Source: Eledone cirrhosa
Taxonomy: Eukaryota
Direction of reading: 5' to 3'
Length of the DNA: 14,541 nucleotides
Assembly: GCA_964016885.1 (NCBI GenBank)
Contig: CAXHJY010001611.1
Location: forward strand, 1 to 14,541
Shown: positions 10,694 to 14,541 of the stretch, one piece after another
Layout of the letters: each line of letters begins with the position of its first letter
Numbering within the stretch: the stretch's first letter is position 1
The notes under the pieces: generated by a model
Told to the model about the DNA's origin: nothing
What the model saw: only the letters and a program-made list of their open reading frames with translations
Database searches by the model: none
Made by a program: the position numbers and the translations under genes

Positions 10694-12997
10694 TGCGAGC
10701 ACTCCTCATTGTTTCGACCGCGGACGGCTAACATAACCCCATCGCCCCCCGCCCCTCACCGCCCCCAACCCCCAAACGCAATCCAAAACTTCAGAGTTGG
10801 TACCATAAATGTAGGCACCCTAAAGGGTCGCGCTAACGAGGTTGTAGAAATGCTTGAACGTAAGGAGGTCGATGTTTGTTGTATTCAAGAGACCAGGTGG
10901 AGGGGTGGGTCTGCTAGGTTCATTGAGGGTAAAAAACGATGTTATAAGCTTTTCTGGGTGGGAAACGACGATGGGCTGGGTGGAGTAGGAATCATGGTAG
11001 CAGAAAAGTGGGCAGATAAGATAATAGACGTAAATAGAGTGAACGACAGAATAATTAAAATACGACTTGTCCTCAATAGAACTACGGTGACAGTAATATC
11101 TGCGTACGCACCCCAATCCGGACTGCCCGGCACTATAAAAGACAGATTCTATGAGACACTGATGCTAACTACCTCCCAAATATCCGACAGTGACTATATA
11201 ATTATCGCAGGCGACCTAAATGGTCACGTTGGACAACATTGTGACGGCTACGACGAAATCCATGGAGGCTATGGGTTTGGTACTAGAAATGAGGAAGGCT
11301 CCAGAATCCTGGAATTCTGTGATGCAAATAACCTAACTATCTGTAACACTAACTTCAAAAAACGTGACAATCACCTGATCACCTATAGATCCGGGGAACA
11401 CACAAGCCAGGTAGATTATATCCTTACCAGAAGACGTGACAGAGTGTCTGTTGTTAACACTAAATCCCTCCCCCATGAAGAATGCACCTCCCAACATAGA
11501 CTGATAATTAGCGACCTCATAGTCAGGACGAGACGTACTCGACAACAGAAGAGGACTATCCTCAGGAGGAAAATATGGAAGCTAAAGGACCCCACAGCCA
11601 GGAATAAATTTCAAAGCATATTACTTGATGCTTTCGACAGTAAGGAAGAACATTTAGAGTCGGACAATATAGAGGGAGAGTGGGAATTTCTGAAAGCAAA
11701 CCTGCTGTTGGCGACAGACGAGGTCTGTGGCTGGAGCAGGCCTGTAGGCAGGAGGAGAGTAACATGGTGGTGGAACAGTAAGGTGGAGGGGTCAATTAAG
11801 GCCAAAAAGCAGGCTTGGAAAGTATGGCGGGATGGGGGAAGTAGAGAGGACTATCAAGTGGCCAGGAGGGAAGCTAGGAGACAAGTGTACTTAGCAAGAA
11901 GGGAAGCTGAGGAAAGAAAGTTCAAGCATGTTCTACAACGCGATGACCAAAAACGTGAGGTGTTCAGGATTGCTAGGCAATGCGTCAAGGAAAACCGTGA
12001 TATTGTCGGGGAGAAGTGTGTACTAAACGACGATGGCACACTTGCCATCACCGACGCTGATAAGAAGGTAGCTTGGAAGTGTCACTATGAAAGGCTTCTA
12101 AATGAGGAGAATAATTGGGAGAAAGGCAGTCTCCCCCATATCGACCCAATAGAGGGACCAGCAGTGTTAGTCGAGGGGAGTATAATAAGTAAGGCAATCA
12201 AGGATATGAAGACTGGTAAGGCGGCTGGGCCTTCGGAAATAGTTGCTGAGATGCTGAAGGCATCTGGCACGGTGGGACACACCATGGTCACCCGCATAGT
12301 TAACCAAGTCGTACAGAATGGGGTTGTTCCGAAGGACTGGCATAGCAGCATCATCGTTAACTGTTATAAGGGTAAAGGAGACGCCCTAGATAGGAGTAAC
12401 TATAGAGGCATTAAATTAATCGACCAGGTCATGAAGGTCACGGAAAGAGTAATAGCGCAACTAATCAGAGAGAGAATTGACCTAGATGAAATGCAGTTCG
12501 GGTTTGTGTCAGGCAAAAGTACCACAGACGCTCTTTTCATAGTACGACAACTACAGGAGAAGTACCTAGCTAAAGGTAAACCCCTCTACTTAGCTTTTGT
12601 CGACTTGGAGAAAGCCTTCGACAGAGTCCCCCGCTCCATTATCTGGTGGGCTCTTAGAAAACTAGGCGTTGACGAATGGCTTGTGAGGGCTATACAAGCC
12701 ATGTATAAAGAAACAGTCAGCAAGGTTAGAATTAACAACGAATATAGTGAAGAGTTTAGCGTAAAAGTTGGCGTCCATCAGGGCTCTGTTCTCAGTCCAC
12801 TACTATTTATTATTGCCCTTCAGGCTATAACAGAGGAGTTCAAGACAGGCTGCCCATGGGAACTCCTATACGCAGACGACCTGACACTCATAGCGGAATC
12901 AATGGCCGAGCTAGAGAAGAAATTCCAAACATGGAAGCACGGCCTAGAGTCAAAAGGACTTAAAATTAACCTGGCTAAGACCAAAACTAGTTTGTAG
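10673..12997 (+). CDS. RTE LINE ORF, part 1: apurinic-like endonuclease plus reverse transcriptase
   Basis: APE motifs are [38 protein letters not shown] and TSQHRLI. RT motifs are [56 protein letters not shown] (YADD at 12869-12880) and [10 protein letters not shown]. The listed ATG lies in the microsatellite and is not a genuine start. Confidence 0.93.
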
Positions 12998-14216
12998 GAA
13001 AGAAAACAAGGCGGCGGTCCCTTCTGGGAAATGGTCGTGCTCGGTGTGTAGGAAAGGCGTAGGTAGAAACTCCATTTTATGTCCTAAATGCAAAGTATGG
13101 GTGCATAAAAGATGTAGTGGGATCACAGGTAAGCTAACTAAGAACATAGATTTTACATGTGGCCGGTGCTCTGGTGCAATAAGTAGCAGCAAGTGCCCAC
13201 AAACTACTAGCTCTTTCAATTGCGCAGAGGGTTCTATAGAAATAGTGGACAGCTTCCGTTACCTGGGCGATAAAATCAGCAGTGGGGGAGGGTGCTCTGA
13301 AAGTACTGTAGCTAGAGTCAGAACTGGTTGGAAAAAGTTCAGAGAGCTTATACCACTATTAGCTGCTAAAGGGTTCTCACTAAAAATGAAAGGCAGGTTG
13401 TACGATGCCTGCATACGAACAGCAATGCTGCATGGCAGTGAGACCTGGGCATTGTGTGCAGAGGATATACGCAGACTAGAGAGGAACGAAGCTTGCATGC
13501 TCCGCTGGATGTGTAACAGTAATATACGTGAACGGCAAAGCATAAACGAACTAAGGAAAAAATTAGAGATAAGAGGGATCAGATGTTGTTTACTCGAGAG
13601 AAGGCTACGTTGGTATGGACACGTGATGCGCATGAAAGTCGATAGCTGTATAACAAAGTGCAGGGCAATAAAGATAGACGGTAGTCACGGAATAGGCAGA
13701 CCTAGAAAAACCTGGGACGAGCTGATAAACTCCGACATCACACACTTACACCTCTCCAAGACAATGTCACTGGACCGAGACCTTTGGCGGTACTCAGTAA
13801 CAGAGAAGACCCGCCTTACCTAAATATATAGTAAAACCTACTCCAGCCAGTAGGCATCTCTAACAAAATACACCCCGTCCCACCACCCCCACCCGATCCA
13901 CACCACCCCGTTCTATGTAAAGTTATGTTGGTGCCGCGCCATCGAGGCCGAAACAAATGAGATCGTGTAGGTGTCACGACAAAAAAACACACAGTCCACG
14001 CTGTAATGTGGCCGTGTAGGCAACACGGTAAAAACCTCCCAGACCCACACTGTAAATGTGGTTGGTGTTAGGAAGGGCATCCAACTGTAGAAAACCTGCC
14101 AGACAGTCCTATGCGAGCAAGACAATCACTCTTGCCTCAAGTGGGACTACCCCCGTCCAAACCCATGCAAGCGTGGAACACGGACGTTAAACGTTGATGA
14201 TGATGATGATGATGAT
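10694..14216 (+). mobile_element. Near-complete RTE-clade LINE (~3.5 kb)
   Basis: Single APE-RT reading frame broken by one frameshift, ~390-bp 3' UTR, terminal hairpin and (TGA)7 tail at 14195-14216. It is flanked on both sides by GTAC-punctuated (TA)n. No native start codon is seen upstream of the endonuclease, so the 5' end is probably slightly truncated. Confidence 0.95.
12987..13823 (+). CDS. RTE LINE ORF, part 2 (after frameshift): PHD-type zinc finger, RT motif 7/thumb and C-terminal domain
   Basis: Reads [21 protein letters not shown]...CPKC...VHKRC...CGRC, then IVDSFRYLG, MLHGSETW, MLRWMC, RRLRWYGHVMRM, GRPRKTW and DRDLWR, all typical of RTE C-termini. It shares the frame of listed ORF 13044..13823. 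Confidence 0.9.
   Translation, partial: LVCRKENKAAVPSGKWSCSVCRKGVGRNSILCPKCKVWVHKRCSGITGKLTKNIDFTCGRCSGAISSSKCPQTTSSFNCAEGSIEIVDSFRYLGDKISSGGGCSESTVARVRTGWKKFRELIPLLAAKGFSLKMKGRLYDACIRTAMLHGSETWALCAEDIRRLERNEACMLRWMCNSNIRERQSINELRKKLEIRGIRCCLLERRLRWYGHVMRMKVDSCITKCRAIKIDGSHGIGRPRKTWDELINSDITHLHLSKTMSLDRDLWRYSVTEKTRLT

Positions 14217-14541
<325 letters not shown>

Noticed and set aside
10820-13633. Short antisense ORFs within the RTE, and + strand ORFs at 3783-4153 opposite the CR1 fragment
   Set aside because: Shadow ORFs of the real reading frames, with no recognisable motifs.
10693-14119. 9-mer atgcgagca at both the RTE 5' junction and 14111-14119 as a possible TSD or terminal repeat
   Set aside because: The second copy lies ~100 bp inside the 3' UTR rather than after the tail, so chance is likely. 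A true TSD cannot be resolved in TA flanks.

Overview
This is eukaryotic, repeat-saturated DNA, not prokaryotic. About half of the window is degenerate (TA)n microsatellite, and the many 'YIYIY' ORFs are artefacts of it. The repeat families resemble those I recall from octopus/cephalopod genomes (inference, not verified). No host gene is convincingly present. The non-microsatellite islands are nearly all mobile-element derived. They comprise a near-complete RTE-clade LINE (10694-14216, +; AP endonuclease, RT with an inserted PHD-type zinc finger, one frameshift, structured 3' UTR, (TGA)n tail), a 5'-truncated CR1-like LINE 3' end (3587-4310, -), a decayed Penelope-like fragment interrupted by a TTAA/piggyBac-type MITE, a 237-bp foldback hairpin, a tiny Tc1/mariner-type MITE and a SINE fragment. 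The most interesting signal is a complete minimal type I hammerhead ribozyme motif on the minus strand (3212-3279) in a ~115-bp island inside (TA)n. A 95%-identical inverted second copy is cut by the window start, and several more decayed hammerhead-like islands occur nearby, pointing to a Penelope-LTR/retrozyme-like family embedded in microsatellites.
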